The notes under the pieces were generated by a model. That model saw only the letters and a program-made list of their open reading frames with translations. It did no database searches and had not been told where the DNA came from. Positions 45,636 through 55,280 of a DNA stretch of 64,000 bases are shown here, piece after piece. Origin of the DNA: Spirochaetia bacterium. Its GTDB lineage: Bacteria > Spirochaetota > Spirochaetia > SZUA-6 > Bin103. A program made the translations under genes and the position numbers. The DNA lies in NCBI GenBank assembly GCA_965203905.1, contig CBDBDQ010000005.1, forward strand, positions 5,776,155-5,840,154, written 5' to 3'. Within the stretch, counting starts at the first letter, position 1. Each line of letters begins with the position of its first letter.

Positions 45636-47210
45636 TTACCAGGTGCCGCGCAGCGGCCACACGGAGACATTCCTGGCGTGGGCCACCCCGCCCTCCGCGA
45701 ACAGGTCGACGCCGGTGGCGGAGGGCTCGGGATACACGCGGTCGGTGAGCGCGGCGCCGCCGCAGTACACCTCCAGGATGGAACGGTCCACGAAGATGCG
45801 CAGGGTGACGGTGCCTGCTTCGCCGTGAACGGTGCCGGCCGGTGCTGCGACCTGCGGTGCCTGCAGTTTCTCGGCCGCCCCTTGCAGGTCACCACTCTGG
45901 TTGGCGGCCGGGTTGGCGTAGACCTGTTCCGCACCGAGCAGGCGGTCGACGCCGATGCGGTTTCCCCCCGGCTCGTACCAGACGCGGACGCCACGGCCGT
46001 TGCCCGCCACCCGCACCGCGGCCCCGAACCGGTGGGCGTCGGTGCGCCGCAGGTAGACGGTCAACTCCAGCTCGAGGGAATCGCCGGTGACCGACTCCAG
46101 GTGGCCCGCGGTCCCTGGCACGATGGCCAGATCGCGTTGCCGGTGGAGCGGCCCGCGCAGGGTTTCGAGCTCCGGTACCGGGTACTGCAACAGCTCGTCG
46201 CCCGCCAGCTCCAGGACCCGCGGAATGCTGTGCGCGCCGATCCAGTACGGCACCGTCTCAACCGGTGACCGTGCCCCCAGCAGCCAGCCCAGCAGCAGCC
46301 GGCGCTCGGCGCCTCCCGGCCCGCGGTCGTCCACCAGGTGCGGATTGACGCAGTAGTACAGGCCCAGGTCGACGAAGCGTGGCTCGCGTCGGTCGGGGTG
46401 GAAGCGGCGCGCCTTCCGGTCGTAGCTGCCGGTCCAGTAGGGATTGTTGCGGGCGCCGACCATCAGCACCGCTCGATCACCGAAGGGTACCAGGTAGGGC
46501 AGCTCCCAGTAGCGCCGGCCGGGGTCGTGGTCCTCGGCGATGGTGCCGCGGTGGGTCCACTCCTCCAGGTCGGGCGAGGTCCACAGGTGCGCGGCGCCGC
46601 GCCGGGCGGCACCCTCCCCCACCGCACCGCCGATGAGCTGCTGCCACAGCTCGCCCTCCTTCCACACCTGGGCGTCCCAGTGCACCGGCGAGGCGGCGTT
46701 GGGGCGCTGCTCGTTGTCCATCACCTTGTGCTTGTGCCAGCTCAGCCAGCCGTCGGTGCTGCGCGCCAGCACGCCGTGGGCTTCGGCATGGCCGGCGACG
46801 TTGCCGGTGTACAGCGCACACGGGAAGCCGTCGTCGTCGATGAAGGTGTTGCCGGAGTAGACCCCCTCCACGTCGTAGCGGCGGTCGGGCCACATCGCCA
46901 CCGGCCAGTCTTCCCAATGGACCAGGTCGGCGGAGGTTGCGTGGCCCCAGCACACGGGGCTCTGGCTGCCGTTGGCGAATACCGGCCGGTACTGGTAGAA
47001 GAGGTGGTAAACGCCCTGGTGGTAGATCGGACCGTTGGGGTCGTTGATCCAGCCCTCCGGCGCCGTGAAGTGGTAGCGCGGCCGGTGCGGGTCGTTGGCT
47101 TCCATCCAGCGCCGCAGTTCCCGTGCCGCCGGGCCGAACACCTCCCGCTCCCTGCTGGTCACGGCCACGCGGAAGTCGCGCACCTCGCGCGGCCACGGCG
47201 CGCCGTTCAC
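45636..47210 (-). CDS. Glycoside hydrolase family 32
   Basis: GTG 47210 overlaps the oxidoreductase stop (GTGA). RPRYHFTAPEGWINDPNGPIYHQGVYHLFYQY. Confidence 0.85.
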   Translation of the reverse strand: MNGAPWPREVRDFRVAVTSREREVFGPAARELRRWMEANDPHRPRYHFTAPEGWINDPNGPIYHQGVYHLFYQYRPVFANGSQSPVCWGHATSADLVHWEDWPVAMWPDRRYDVEGVYSGNTFIDDDGFPCALYTGNVAGHAEAHGVLARSTDGWLSWHKHKVMDNEQRPNAASPVHWDAQVWKEGELWQQLIGGAVGEGAARRGAAHLWTSPDLEEWTHRGTIAEDHDPGRRYWELPYLVPFGDRAVLMVGARNNPYWTGSYDRKARRFHPDRREPRFVDLGLYYCVNPHLVDDRGPGGAERRLLLGWLLGARSPVETVPYWIGAHSIPRVLELAGDELLQYPVPELETLRGPLHRQRDLAIVPGTAGHLESVTGDSLELELTVYLRRTDAHRFGAAVRVAGNGRGVRVWYEPGGNRIGVDRLLGAEQVYANPAANQSGDLQGAAEKLQAPQVAAPAGTVHGEAGTVTLRIFVDRSILEVYCGGAALTDRVYPEPSATGVDLFAEGGVAHARNVSVWPLRGTW

Positions 47211-48274
47211 TCTCGATATTTCCTTATGATGTCGATGATCAGGCCGATGTCGTCGCGGGCGGAGGCCAGCGGGGTGCGATTCTCGGTGCCGTCGACGATG
47301 CAGTCGTGGAAGTGGCGCAGCTCGCGCAGGAAGGCGCTCTCCCAGTCGACCGCGGGCTCGGTGCGGTAGGCGGTGCCGTCCGCATCGGTGCCCTGGATCA
47401 CCAGGGAGGAGAGCAGGCCGCGCGCGAACCCGGTCGGATAGGAGAGCAGCACGCGCTGCCCGTCGCCGTAGATCTCCAGGGTCTCCTTGAAGTCCCACAG
47501 GTCGGGCAGGTCGATCCAGGTGGCGACGCAGCGGGCGCCGTTCGGGTACGCCAGGGTAAAGGTGACGGCGCGGCCCTCCTGCCAGATCTCGGCGCTCACC
47601 ACGGCCTCCGGCAGACCCAGCACGGCGCGCATGGTGTACAGGTCGTGGATCATGCTGCCGGACAGCAGGTTGAAGGCGCGCACCACCTCTTCGGGGGCGT
47701 CGCCGAGGGCCTGCCTGGTGGCAACGCGGCGCGCGACCGCGGTCCGCTCGCTGGCGGCCGCGGGATAGTCGTCGAACCGGCGCAGGTCGAACTGGCGCAG
47801 GTGCAGGTCGTTGCTGGGATGCAGGTGGTTCACCTGCACGAAACGGATCTCGCCCATCTCCCCTACCGCCCGCTGCGCCAGCTCGAAGGCGGGGTCGTAC
47901 ACCTTCATGTAACCGGCCTGGGCCACCGTGCCGGCGCCCTGGGCGGCGATCATGGCATCGATCTCGGGCAGCGAGAAGCACAGCGGCTTCTCGATGAACA
48001 GGTGCTTGCCCGCCTCCAGCACCGCCACCGCGGCCTCGGTCTTGGGATCGGTGTGACACAGCAGGATGGCGTCCACGTCCGCCGCCAGCAGCTCCCGGTA
48101 GTCGGTGACGTGGCGGGGAACGTGGAAGCGGCGCGCGGCGTCCGCGGCCGCGCTCGGTGACACGTCGCACACCGCGGCCACCTCGAACTGGTCGGACAGC
48201 GCGTTGAGGTTGGGCAGGTGGTGGACCTGGGCGATCGCCCCGCAGCCCACTACCCCGATCTTGACCCGCTTCAT
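47207..48274 (-). CDS. Gfo/Idh/MocA-family oxidoreductase
   Basis: MKRVKIGVVGCGAIAQVHHLPNL Rossmann N-terminus. Confidence 0.9.
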   Translation of the reverse strand: MKRVKIGVVGCGAIAQVHHLPNLNALSDQFEVAAVCDVSPSAAADAARRFHVPRHVTDYRELLAADVDAILLCHTDPKTEAAVAVLEAGKHLFIEKPLCFSLPEIDAMIAAQGAGTVAQAGYMKVYDPAFELAQRAVGEMGEIRFVQVNHLHPSNDLHLRQFDLRRFDDYPAAASERTAVARRVATRQALGDAPEEVVRAFNLLSGSMIHDLYTMRAVLGLPEAVVSAEIWQEGRAVTFTLAYPNGARCVATWIDLPDLWDFKETLEIYGDGQRVLLSYPTGFARGLLSSLVIQGTDADGTAYRTEPAVDWESAFLRELRHFHDCIVDGTENRTPLASARDDIGLIIDIIRKYRE

Positions 48275-48936
48275 GGCGTGACGCTACGCGCGGCGAAGTC
48301 GTTCCAGGCCGCGGCCAGCTCCGCGGTGCGGCTGAACAGCTCCGACAGCGCCTCCCACATCTCGTTGCGGGCGGCGTGGGCGGCGGCTTCGTCGCCGGCG
48401 GCCAGCGCCTTCTGCCAGCGGGCGAGCTGTTCCTCCTGGACGGCCGCGGACACCGTCGCGGACTGCGCCACGGTCGCGGCCGCCGCCGCCTGGCGCGCCG
48501 CTATCTCCGCGGTGGGCGTGGTGCGGTCGGGCTGCTCGTCGTACGCGCCGGTGGCGGCGAAACGCGGCGCCTGCTTGGTGCCGTCGTCGTTCCAGTAGGT
48601 GTGCGTGGGCTGGATGTGCGGCGTCACCGAGAGGAACATGACCACCTCGTCGTCACCCACGTTGCGCACCGTGTGGTACTGGTCGGTCAGGGCGATGCAC
48701 ATCTGCCCCGGACCGAGCACCGCGCTCTCCCCGTCGATCTCGAACTCCGCGCGCCCCTGCAGAATCAGAAAGATCTCGTGGCCGAGGTCGTGGGTGTGAC
48801 CGGCGTTGAACTGCCCCACCGCCATCTTCAGGAACCGGCAGCGGATCTGCGGGGTCACCAGCATGTTGACGATGTCGCTACGGTAGTCGTAGACCTTCAA
48901 GCTCATGATCCCGCGATGATGCTCCAGCTTGGGCAA
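48271..48936 (-). CDS. Cupin-domain protein with Ala-rich helical tail
   Basis: GHTHDLGHEIFLILQGRAEFEIDGE cupin motifs. Alternative start at 48906. Confidence 0.7.
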   Translation of the reverse strand: MPKLEHHRGIMSLKVYDYRSDIVNMLVTPQIRCRFLKMAVGQFNAGHTHDLGHEIFLILQGRAEFEIDGESAVLGPGQMCIALTDQYHTVRNVGDDEVVMFLSVTPHIQPTHTYWNDDGTKQAPRFAATGAYDEQPDRTTPTAEIAARQAAAAATVAQSATVSAAVQEEQLARWQKALAAGDEAAAHAARNEMWEALSELFSRTAELAAAWNDFAARSVTP

Positions 48937-48969
48937 TGCCGCAAGTCAGTGCGCGGCGTGTCCATGTGA

Positions 48970-49185
48970 TCACACGGCTGCGGTAACCCTCTTGACTTTG
49001 GAGATATGGAGCGAGAGCGTCGTGGGCTCGGCAACGATGTAGCCGCTAACCTCCGGGGTAAGAAGCACGACCACGTGACGTCGGTCAGCTTGCCCATATA
49101 CCTCGTGGACCGTGGCGCGTACCGCGTCTCGGGGACCCCAAGAAATCTCGACTATCTCACCGTACCGTGGTTCGGCAGTTTTCAA
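48970..49185 (-). CDS. Small (about 71 aa) protein of unknown function, paralog 2
   Basis: TTG 49185 lies 8 nt after GAGGAGG. KTAEPRYGEIVEISWGPRDAVRATVHEVYGQADRRHVVVLLTPEVSGYIVAEPTT... The listed ORF extends to 49215. Confidence 0.55.
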   Translation of the reverse strand: MKTAEPRYGEIVEISWGPRDAVRATVHEVYGQADRRHVVVLLTPEVSGYIVAEPTTLSLHISKVKRVTAAV

Positions 49186-49283
49186 GACTATGGCCTCCTC
49201 AGCGGGCTCTGCCATGTCGCCGCCGCGAACCTGTTGGGGGCGATTGCCTGATCACGACGTGAATGACGGAGCTCAGGAAGAAA

Positions 49284-49496
49284 TCAGACCGGTGCGGTGA
49301 TCCGTTTGACTTCCTCGATGGGCACCGAGAACGTCGTAGGCTCGGACACGACGTAATCACTCATCTCAGGTGTGAGTATCACGACGACATGACGTCTTGA
49401 GTGGCCATAGACTTCGTGAACGGTGGCGCGGACCGTGGACCGGCTACCCCACGGGATCTCGACTTGTTCACCGTACACCGGCTCGGTGATCTTCAT
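49284..49496 (-). CDS. Small (70 aa) protein of unknown function, paralog 1
   Basis: ATG 49496 lies 7 nt after AAGGAG, which overlaps the upstream stop. MKITEPVYGEQVEIPWGSRSTVRATVHEVYGHSRRHVVVILTPEMSDYVVSEPTT... Confidence 0.55.
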   Translation of the reverse strand: MKITEPVYGEQVEIPWGSRSTVRATVHEVYGHSRRHVVVILTPEMSDYVVSEPTTFSVPIEEVKRITAPV

Positions 49497-49507
49497 AGTG
49501 TTCTCCT

Positions 49508-50092
49508 TCACCACGGCGGCGCGATCTGCAGCTCGGCGGCGAGTTCGGCGGCCACCACTGCGTCGAGTCTACGCACTAGCCTGTCGCAGGTGCGTCTGAA
49601 TCGGTGGTACGAGCTCAGGGTGGCCGCGATCGGGTGCCGCCGGATCAGCGAATGGACCTCGCTCTCGTTACCATGAACCACAGCATTGCGAAAGTCGACC
49701 AGCAGTTCAAGGCTCGCGATGTCCTGATTGGCCCTGGCGTAGCTACTCTGGAGAGAGGGGATGAGCTTCAATCCCATACGCCCGAAGTCGTTTCCCAGTG
49801 CCTCTCGGCGCGGATTCCGGATGTCGAGAGCTCGACGTCGGCGCAGAAGCCTACGCAGGGCGTCGACCTGGCGTGGATTCGCCTGCGCGAGATACACACT
49901 GATGGCCTCGTCATGGAGCTCTCGGCAGTACACTTGAAACTGGCCCACCAGGGCAACGAACAGGCTCCGGTTCAACTGTTCGGTCTCCCAGCGACGGCCG
50001 CGGCGTGTACCGCGGGCATCGGCGTGGATCCGCTCCAGCTGGTTGAGACGCGGCACGCACTCCGCGTCCCACACTTCCTTGGCTGCCGACAT
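49508..50092 (-). CDS. HEPN-like protein (R-x4-H motif), unknown function
   Basis: ATG 50092. All-helical composition. LELLVDFRNAVVHGNE contains R-N-A-V-V-H. Confidence 0.5.
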   Translation of the reverse strand: MSAAKEVWDAECVPRLNQLERIHADARGTRRGRRWETEQLNRSLFVALVGQFQVYCRELHDEAISVYLAQANPRQVDALRRLLRRRRALDIRNPRREALGNDFGRMGLKLIPSLQSSYARANQDIASLELLVDFRNAVVHGNESEVHSLIRRHPIAATLSSYHRFRRTCDRLVRRLDAVVAAELAAELQIAPPW

Positions 50093-50281
50093 GAGCGCAG
50101 CGGTCAACCCGTGCCCCGCCGGGGCTCCGTAAGCAGGAAGCGGAGCGCGGTCAGGACACGGCGAGGATGGCGGCGATGCATTGCCATGGCCAGCAAGTAG
50201 GCGGCTTCCTCCTGGCGCTGTTCTCGATCCACTCCGCCGCGCCAAGCTCCCTGTACCGCAACTTTGTGAGCGATTGTCGCG

Positions 50282-51001
50282 TTACCGTGAGTAGCAGCGC
50301 AGCAGGGTGACCTGCTCGGCCTCGGTGTTCAGCAGGAACTGGTCGCCCTGCTGCAGGAACACCACGCCGTAGCGTGCCAGCGGGCGTCGCTCGCCGTTGG
50401 CCTGCACGGTGGCGGAACCGTCGATCACCACGAACACCTCTTCGGCGGAAGTCGCCGTGTGGGACAGGTCCTGGTGCTCCGGCAGGCGGATGTAGTCGAG
50501 GCCGAGGTGGCGGGCACCCTGGGCGGCGGAGACCACGCAGCGCCAATCGCCGGGCTGGCCGAGCGCGGGTCCGCCCTTGGCCAGGGAGAGGACGCGCACC
50601 TCGCTGCGGTGGCCGGCGGGCGGCAGCGGGGAGGCGCCGGCGCCATGGTCGCGCTTGCCGGCGTACAGCGCCGGGTCGGGAGGCGCCTGAAAGCTGATCA
50701 GCCGCGCCGGTGTGCCGCTGTCGTTGACCGTGCCGTGCACCTCCCCCACTGGAACGAAAATCCCCTCCCCGGCTTCGATGGGGGTGTAGGTATCGCCCTG
50801 GCGCAGCGCGCCGCGGCCCTCCAGCACCACGATCATGTCTTCCGATTCGTCGTGCAGGTGCTGAGTGAACTCCTGGCCGGGCTCGTGCAGGCCGTGGTTG
50901 AGGGTGAGCCGGCGGGCGCCCATCTCCGGGTGCACGATGCGCCAGTTGCTGCCCTTGCCCATGCGGAAGGCGCGGCCCGCGAACAGGTCGAGGATCTGCA
51001 T
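50282..51001 (-). CDS. Bicupin protein
   Basis: ATGA overlap with the PhyH stop. Two cupin modules (HLHDESEDMIVVLEGRG... and EEVFVVIDGSATV). Confidence 0.75.
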   Translation of the reverse strand: MQILDLFAGRAFRMGKGSNWRIVHPEMGARRLTLNHGLHEPGQEFTQHLHDESEDMIVVLEGRGALRQGDTYTPIEAGEGIFVPVGEVHGTVNDSGTPARLISFQAPPDPALYAGKRDHGAGASPLPPAGHRSEVRVLSLAKGGPALGQPGDWRCVVSAAQGARHLGLDYIRLPEHQDLSHTATSAEEVFVVIDGSATVQANGERRPLARYGVVFLQQGDQFLLNTEAEQVTLLRCYSR

Positions 51002-51828
51002 CAGGCCGGGTTGGCCGCGCTCTCGGGGAACAGCGAGGTGGTCCAGGTGCCGGGGTTGGCCGGCTCCTGGAACAGTATCTGCTGGCGCGGGGTGAGCGGC
51101 ACCGACTCGGGCGGCCGCACCCGGCGTGCCGACCAGGCGAGGTGCGACTGGCAGTACTTGTAGAGCAGGGTGCGGCGCTGGTGGGTCCCTTTCCAGGGCG
51201 CGGTGCCGTGCGTCAGCGCCTCGGAGAACAGCACCACGGATCCGGCCGGCGCCTCGGGGATCACGACACCGGGCGCGAGGGAATCGCCCTCCATCATCTT
51301 CCAGCGTCCCTGGTTCACCGTCGGGATCGGGTTCGGGCGCACGAAGTTGCTCTTGTGGCTGCCCGGTACGCAGCAGAAGCCGCCGTGCTCCGGGCCGGTG
51401 TCCGCCAGGTTCCACGACACCACGGTGAAGGCGTTGTGAATCCTGCCGTTGCGCACGTGGTAGTACTCCGCCGGCGAATAGGGCGCGTTGCCGCCGTGGA
51501 GCTGGTAGTCTCCCATGCCCGCCTCCATGTTGATGCCATACAGGCGGTCGAGGCGGAACCAGTCGCCGAGCGTGAGCTGCAGCAGCGGCATGATCCGGGG
51601 ATGGTCGAGCAGGTCGCAGAACGGCGTGCCCCACTCCAGGAACCCGGGACACTCCGGCGCTCCCCCGGCCGCCGAGCCGAAGCGGATCTTGTCGCGCGGC
51701 GGCGGCAACCGCTGGGCGTCGATGAGCCGGTTCAACTCGTCGATCTCCGCCCGGCTCAGGACGTCGGAAATGACCATGAAACCGGCCAGGTCGAACAGGT
51801 AGCGCTGCATCTCCAGGTCGTGGTCCAT
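51001..51828 (-). CDS. Phytanoyl-CoA dioxygenase (PhyH) family protein
   Basis: 275 aa; GFCCVPGSHKSN, VVLFSEALTHG. Confidence 0.85.
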   Translation of the reverse strand: MDHDLEMQRYLFDLAGFMVISDVLSRAEIDELNRLIDAQRLPPPRDKIRFGSAAGGAPECPGFLEWGTPFCDLLDHPRIMPLLQLTLGDWFRLDRLYGINMEAGMGDYQLHGGNAPYSPAEYYHVRNGRIHNAFTVVSWNLADTGPEHGGFCCVPGSHKSNFVRPNPIPTVNQGRWKMMEGDSLAPGVVIPEAPAGSVVLFSEALTHGTAPWKGTHQRRTLLYKYCQSHLAWSARRVRPPESVPLTPRQQILFQEPANPGTWTTSLFPESAANPA

Positions 51829-51862
51829 CGTTCAACCACTATGCGGGCCGTATCTGCCGGCG

Positions 51863-52519
51863 TCAATCCGGCAGCGTGGGCGCCCGGGCGATGGTGGTGA
51901 TCTCCGGGCTCGAGGCGATGAGCGGACTCCGATCCCAGTCGCCGTACCGTGCTTCGATCGCGAAGCCGGCCGCGGCCAGAAAATACGCCAGCGCATCTGC
52001 GCCGAGGAACCGCAGCGTGCTGCGGCTGCGCTCCGCTCGCTCCCAGTCCGCGCGCCGGTAGCTGTTGGTGAACCGTACGACGTCGCCGACCACCGGCGTC
52101 TCGATCTCGGTCTCGAAGCGGACGACGGTGCCGTCGCGGTCGCTGAACTCCACGCCGTGCTCGGGTGTCCATCGCTCCCACTCCCGGACCAGGGGGTTGC
52201 GGGTTTCGAACGCGAGCACGCCACCGGGTACCAGTGCCGAGCGGATCGCACGCAGCGCTGCCCTGACCTCGCCGTCGCTGACCAGCACCTGGAACGCATG
52301 TCCGGTCATCACCGCCAGATCGAACTCCGGGTGCCATGGGACGGTCACCGGGTCGCCGAGGATCCACTCGATGTCAGATCGCTTCCGTGCCACCTGCAAC
52401 ATGCCGCGGGCGCGGTCCAGGCCCACCAGCCGCCCGGTGTGGCCCGACTCGCGGGCCCAGTGCAGCAGGGCACCGGTGCCGCAGCCGACGTCGAGCACGG
52501 CCCCGGCGGCCATTACCAC
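51863..52519 (-). CDS. Class I SAM-dependent methyltransferase (possibly 5'-frameshifted)
   Basis: VLDVGCGTGALL motif I only about 8 aa from the listed start. The upstream frame (52513-52731) ends ...RANFRFYLPW*. Confidence 0.7.
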   Translation of the reverse strand: MVMAAGAVLDVGCGTGALLHWARESGHTGRLVGLDRARGMLQVARKRSDIEWILGDPVTVPWHPEFDLAVMTGHAFQVLVSDGEVRAALRAIRSALVPGGVLAFETRNPLVREWERWTPEHGVEFSDRDGTVVRFETEIETPVVGDVVRFTNSYRRADWERAERSRSTLRFLGADALAYFLAAAGFAIEARYGDWDRSPLIASSPEITTIARAPTLPD

Positions 52520-53003
52520 GGCAGGTAGAAGCGAAAGTTAGCCCGCTCTTCCCGGCCGCACAGCGGACCGTAGAGCGCCACGAGGTGAGGTTCGGAGAGA
52601 CCCTGCCGGTCTACCACTACGTTCAGCCTACCGCAGGAGCGTCCCCGAATATCGGGCGGAAGTCCCGCAATCCAGAATACACTGCCACGGCCGGAACGGC
52701 CCGGCAGACGCAGCTGCCCGAGTACGCTCAATGCCTTACTCTGGTAGTTATAGCTATATCAAAAAAAGGCCGCCAAGCGCGTACAGCATGAGATCCTGCA
52801 AGCTTAGGCGCACGCGACGCAGCCTCGCAACGAGCACCCGTGGGAGTTGCCCAGCGAATGCTCGTTCTCGATCCAGCCTGACGCTCAGCGGCGGGCCAGC
52901 CGGAAGCGTGCTCCTCGCCCGAAGTGATCGCCCTTCCCGTACTGCAGCAGCCACTACCCCGGCTCCAGCAGAACGAAAAGCACAGAATTATTTGACTCGC
53001 TCT

Positions 53004-53978
53004 TTAACCGTCTGAGAGTACCTTCCCATTATCTATCAAGAGCTGTTCATCGACTTCTAATGTCGGCTTATTGTATATCATATCCACGTGTATCGTAGTA
53101 TGAATTGTCCCCCCACCCGCACTGCTTCCTACGGCAATATGGCCTGTACCGAGGACCGCTTCGTTCTCTATTAGGTACTTGCCAATTCGTGCGAATGGAT
53201 TGAGTCCAAATGCTATCTCACCGATGTTATAGGCATTGGAATCATTTACCATCTTTAGGTTTTCTTGAAGCCATTGCGCCCAATTTCCTCCCCGTATTGA
53301 CTCGGGCACCACAAATCCATCCTTGACCAACATCTCAATCGGTTTGTCCACCAATCCGAATGTTGATATTGCTCCGTCGATCACAATCCTGCCGTTGGCT
53401 GTACCTTCAATGGGGGCCCAGTTAACCTCTACATCCGGTGGCGCCTCCATGTTACCGGAGCCGGAGAAAATCCCTCTCAGGATATTCGGTTTCCTGCCCT
53501 TGATGCTGAACCTCAAGTCAGTACCCGATGGACTTGTAATTCTAGCGTCTTCTCCCACAAACAGCTCGGCAAGTCTTTCGGCATTCGCGCTCAATTCCTG
53601 AAAATCGGCTTTGATGAGAGCATCGGAATCCAGCAATTCCTCGTCATATTGAGTCATCAACAAAACCCTTACGCCCAACTTCATAGCATCTTCTGTTGCT
53701 TTGGCGTGCGCTATTGAATAGGTAGTTGGCGTAAAGATCACGTCTGCCTTTTTCATCGCCTCAGCTATTGGACTCGGGGGTTCTTCATGATGCTGATGGC
53801 GCGGTGTCATCACCGTAATCACCACTTCAGCGCCCTTCATTCGACTAGCTATTGCGATGATTTTGGCGATATCAAGCATGTCGCTATCAGTAACGATGAG
53901 AGCTAGTTCACCGGATTTGACAAGAGCACATTCCTCGACGATCTTGATAGCTCCCAAAGAGACCTTTAGTTCCTTCAT
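53004..53978 (-). CDS. Aminopeptidase-T/M29-like (NicX-like) fold protein
   Basis: 324 aa, low GC. ...ITSPSGTDLRFSIKGR...EIAFGLNP...GTGHIAVG resembles the AmpS/NicX family by recollection. Confidence 0.5.
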   Translation of the reverse strand: MKELKVSLGAIKIVEECALVKSGELALIVTDSDMLDIAKIIAIASRMKGAEVVITVMTPRHQHHEEPPSPIAEAMKKADVIFTPTTYSIAHAKATEDAMKLGVRVLLMTQYDEELLDSDALIKADFQELSANAERLAELFVGEDARITSPSGTDLRFSIKGRKPNILRGIFSGSGNMEAPPDVEVNWAPIEGTANGRIVIDGAISTFGLVDKPIEMLVKDGFVVPESIRGGNWAQWLQENLKMVNDSNAYNIGEIAFGLNPFARIGKYLIENEAVLGTGHIAVGSSAGGGTIHTTIHVDMIYNKPTLEVDEQLLIDNGKVLSDG

Positions 53979-53991
53979 ATGTCTGCCTCCG

Positions 53992-55110
53992 TCACATTCT
54001 ATATTTCTCTATAGTTTGCTCGTTTAGCTCAATACCAAGTCCTGGTTTGTCAGGCACTCTTATGTATCCATCCTCCAGCTTCGGGGGGTCCACTAATATT
54101 GCACTCATCAAAGGGGTTTCAGCGGTTCTATATTCTACGAAAAATCCCTTAGCCAGCGACGCAACCAAATGCAAGGCAGCGGTCAGGTTAATAGCACTGC
54201 TCCAGCTATGTGGAACCAGCAGAGTGTTCCACTGTTCGGCTAAGTCAGCGATCCTCTTACATTCAGAAAGGCCGCCTGCTACGTGAACATCGGGTTGGAT
54301 CACGTCCAGAGCATTTCTAACAATCCAGTCCCTGAAACCAAATACTGTCTGTAGTTCCTCCCCGGCTGCGATGCTCAAGTCTAATGCTCGGGACAGCTCA
54401 ACGTAGCCTTCGATGTCAGTCCTCAGAAGCGGTTCTTCCCACCATAACACGTCGTACTTCTCCAACTTTCTGCCTAGCTTTAGTGCTTCCGGAAAGGTCA
54501 GCGTGGATGGTCCATCGACCATCAGTGTAAATCCATAACCGAAGGTGTCTCTGATGACCTTGATGATCTCTTCACTCTCATCCAAGTCCAGCCCAAAACC
54601 TCCGTAACCCAGTTTCACTCCGGTGAAGCCCTCGCCGAGGACTCGCCTGACCAACTCGATTGTCTTGTCTGGATTCTGCATATCGAACACGTCACTGGCG
54701 TACGCCCTAATTTTATCGTGGTAGTGCCCTCCAAGTAGCTTGTAGATGGGCACACCCCATTTTTTCCCGACAATGTCCAGTAGTGCCGTGTCGATTGCAC
54801 TGATAGCATCGAGCGCCAAGCCGCGCTGTCGCGTGTACATTTCGCTCAGATACATCTTATTCCATAACCGGCGGTATTCAAGCGGATCCTCTCCAACGAT
54901 CAGGGGTTTGAATCCTCTTTCAATAAGTGTCTTTACGCTTGCCCCGGCTTCGTGGAAAAAGCAATGCGTCATGGCATCTCCTATTCCCACTATGCCCTCA
55001 TCGGTTTCGACTCTTACGATAGCGATTGAGCCACGCGGTCCAAATGGGACCGGTTCTTTGGTGGGCAGTGTATGCTTCACCACATCAACATGTACAGATG
55101 TAATCTTCAT
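53992..55110 (-). CDS. Enolase-superfamily racemase/epimerase (MR/MLE family)
   Basis: ATG 55110; MKITSVHVDVVKHTLP..., AISAIDTALLDIVGK, LMVDGP, WWEEP, AAGEE. Confidence 0.85.
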   Translation of the reverse strand: MKITSVHVDVVKHTLPTKEPVPFGPRGSIAIVRVETDEGIVGIGDAMTHCFFHEAGASVKTLIERGFKPLIVGEDPLEYRRLWNKMYLSEMYTRQRGLALDAISAIDTALLDIVGKKWGVPIYKLLGGHYHDKIRAYASDVFDMQNPDKTIELVRRVLGEGFTGVKLGYGGFGLDLDESEEIIKVIRDTFGYGFTLMVDGPSTLTFPEALKLGRKLEKYDVLWWEEPLLRTDIEGYVELSRALDLSIAAGEELQTVFGFRDWIVRNALDVIQPDVHVAGGLSECKRIADLAEQWNTLLVPHSWSSAINLTAALHLVASLAKGFFVEYRTAETPLMSAILVDPPKLEDGYIRVPDKPGLGIELNEQTIEKYRM

Positions 55111-55280
55111 TTCTAAAATGCCTCCCCCGGAAACAGGTTCATGCCTCGATAGCAGAACTCTCCCGTCATCTCCAATTCCCGCCATGCCGGCGAAATCGTG
55201 CTGCACTTCCGTTTCGCACAGTGGCTGGAACAGGAGTGCACCTGCGTTTACCGCGGAGCCGAGTAGCCACGACGCGTCGC

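Noticed and set aside
45636-48170. 844-aa ORF, and likewise 50282-51835 (517 aa) and 20715-22424 (569 aa), read as single genes.
   Set aside because: In each case only the distal part has family motifs (GH32, bicupin, P-loop kinase). The proximal part is an alternative frame of a neighbouring, better-supported gene (Gfo/Idh/MocA, PhyH, SDR).
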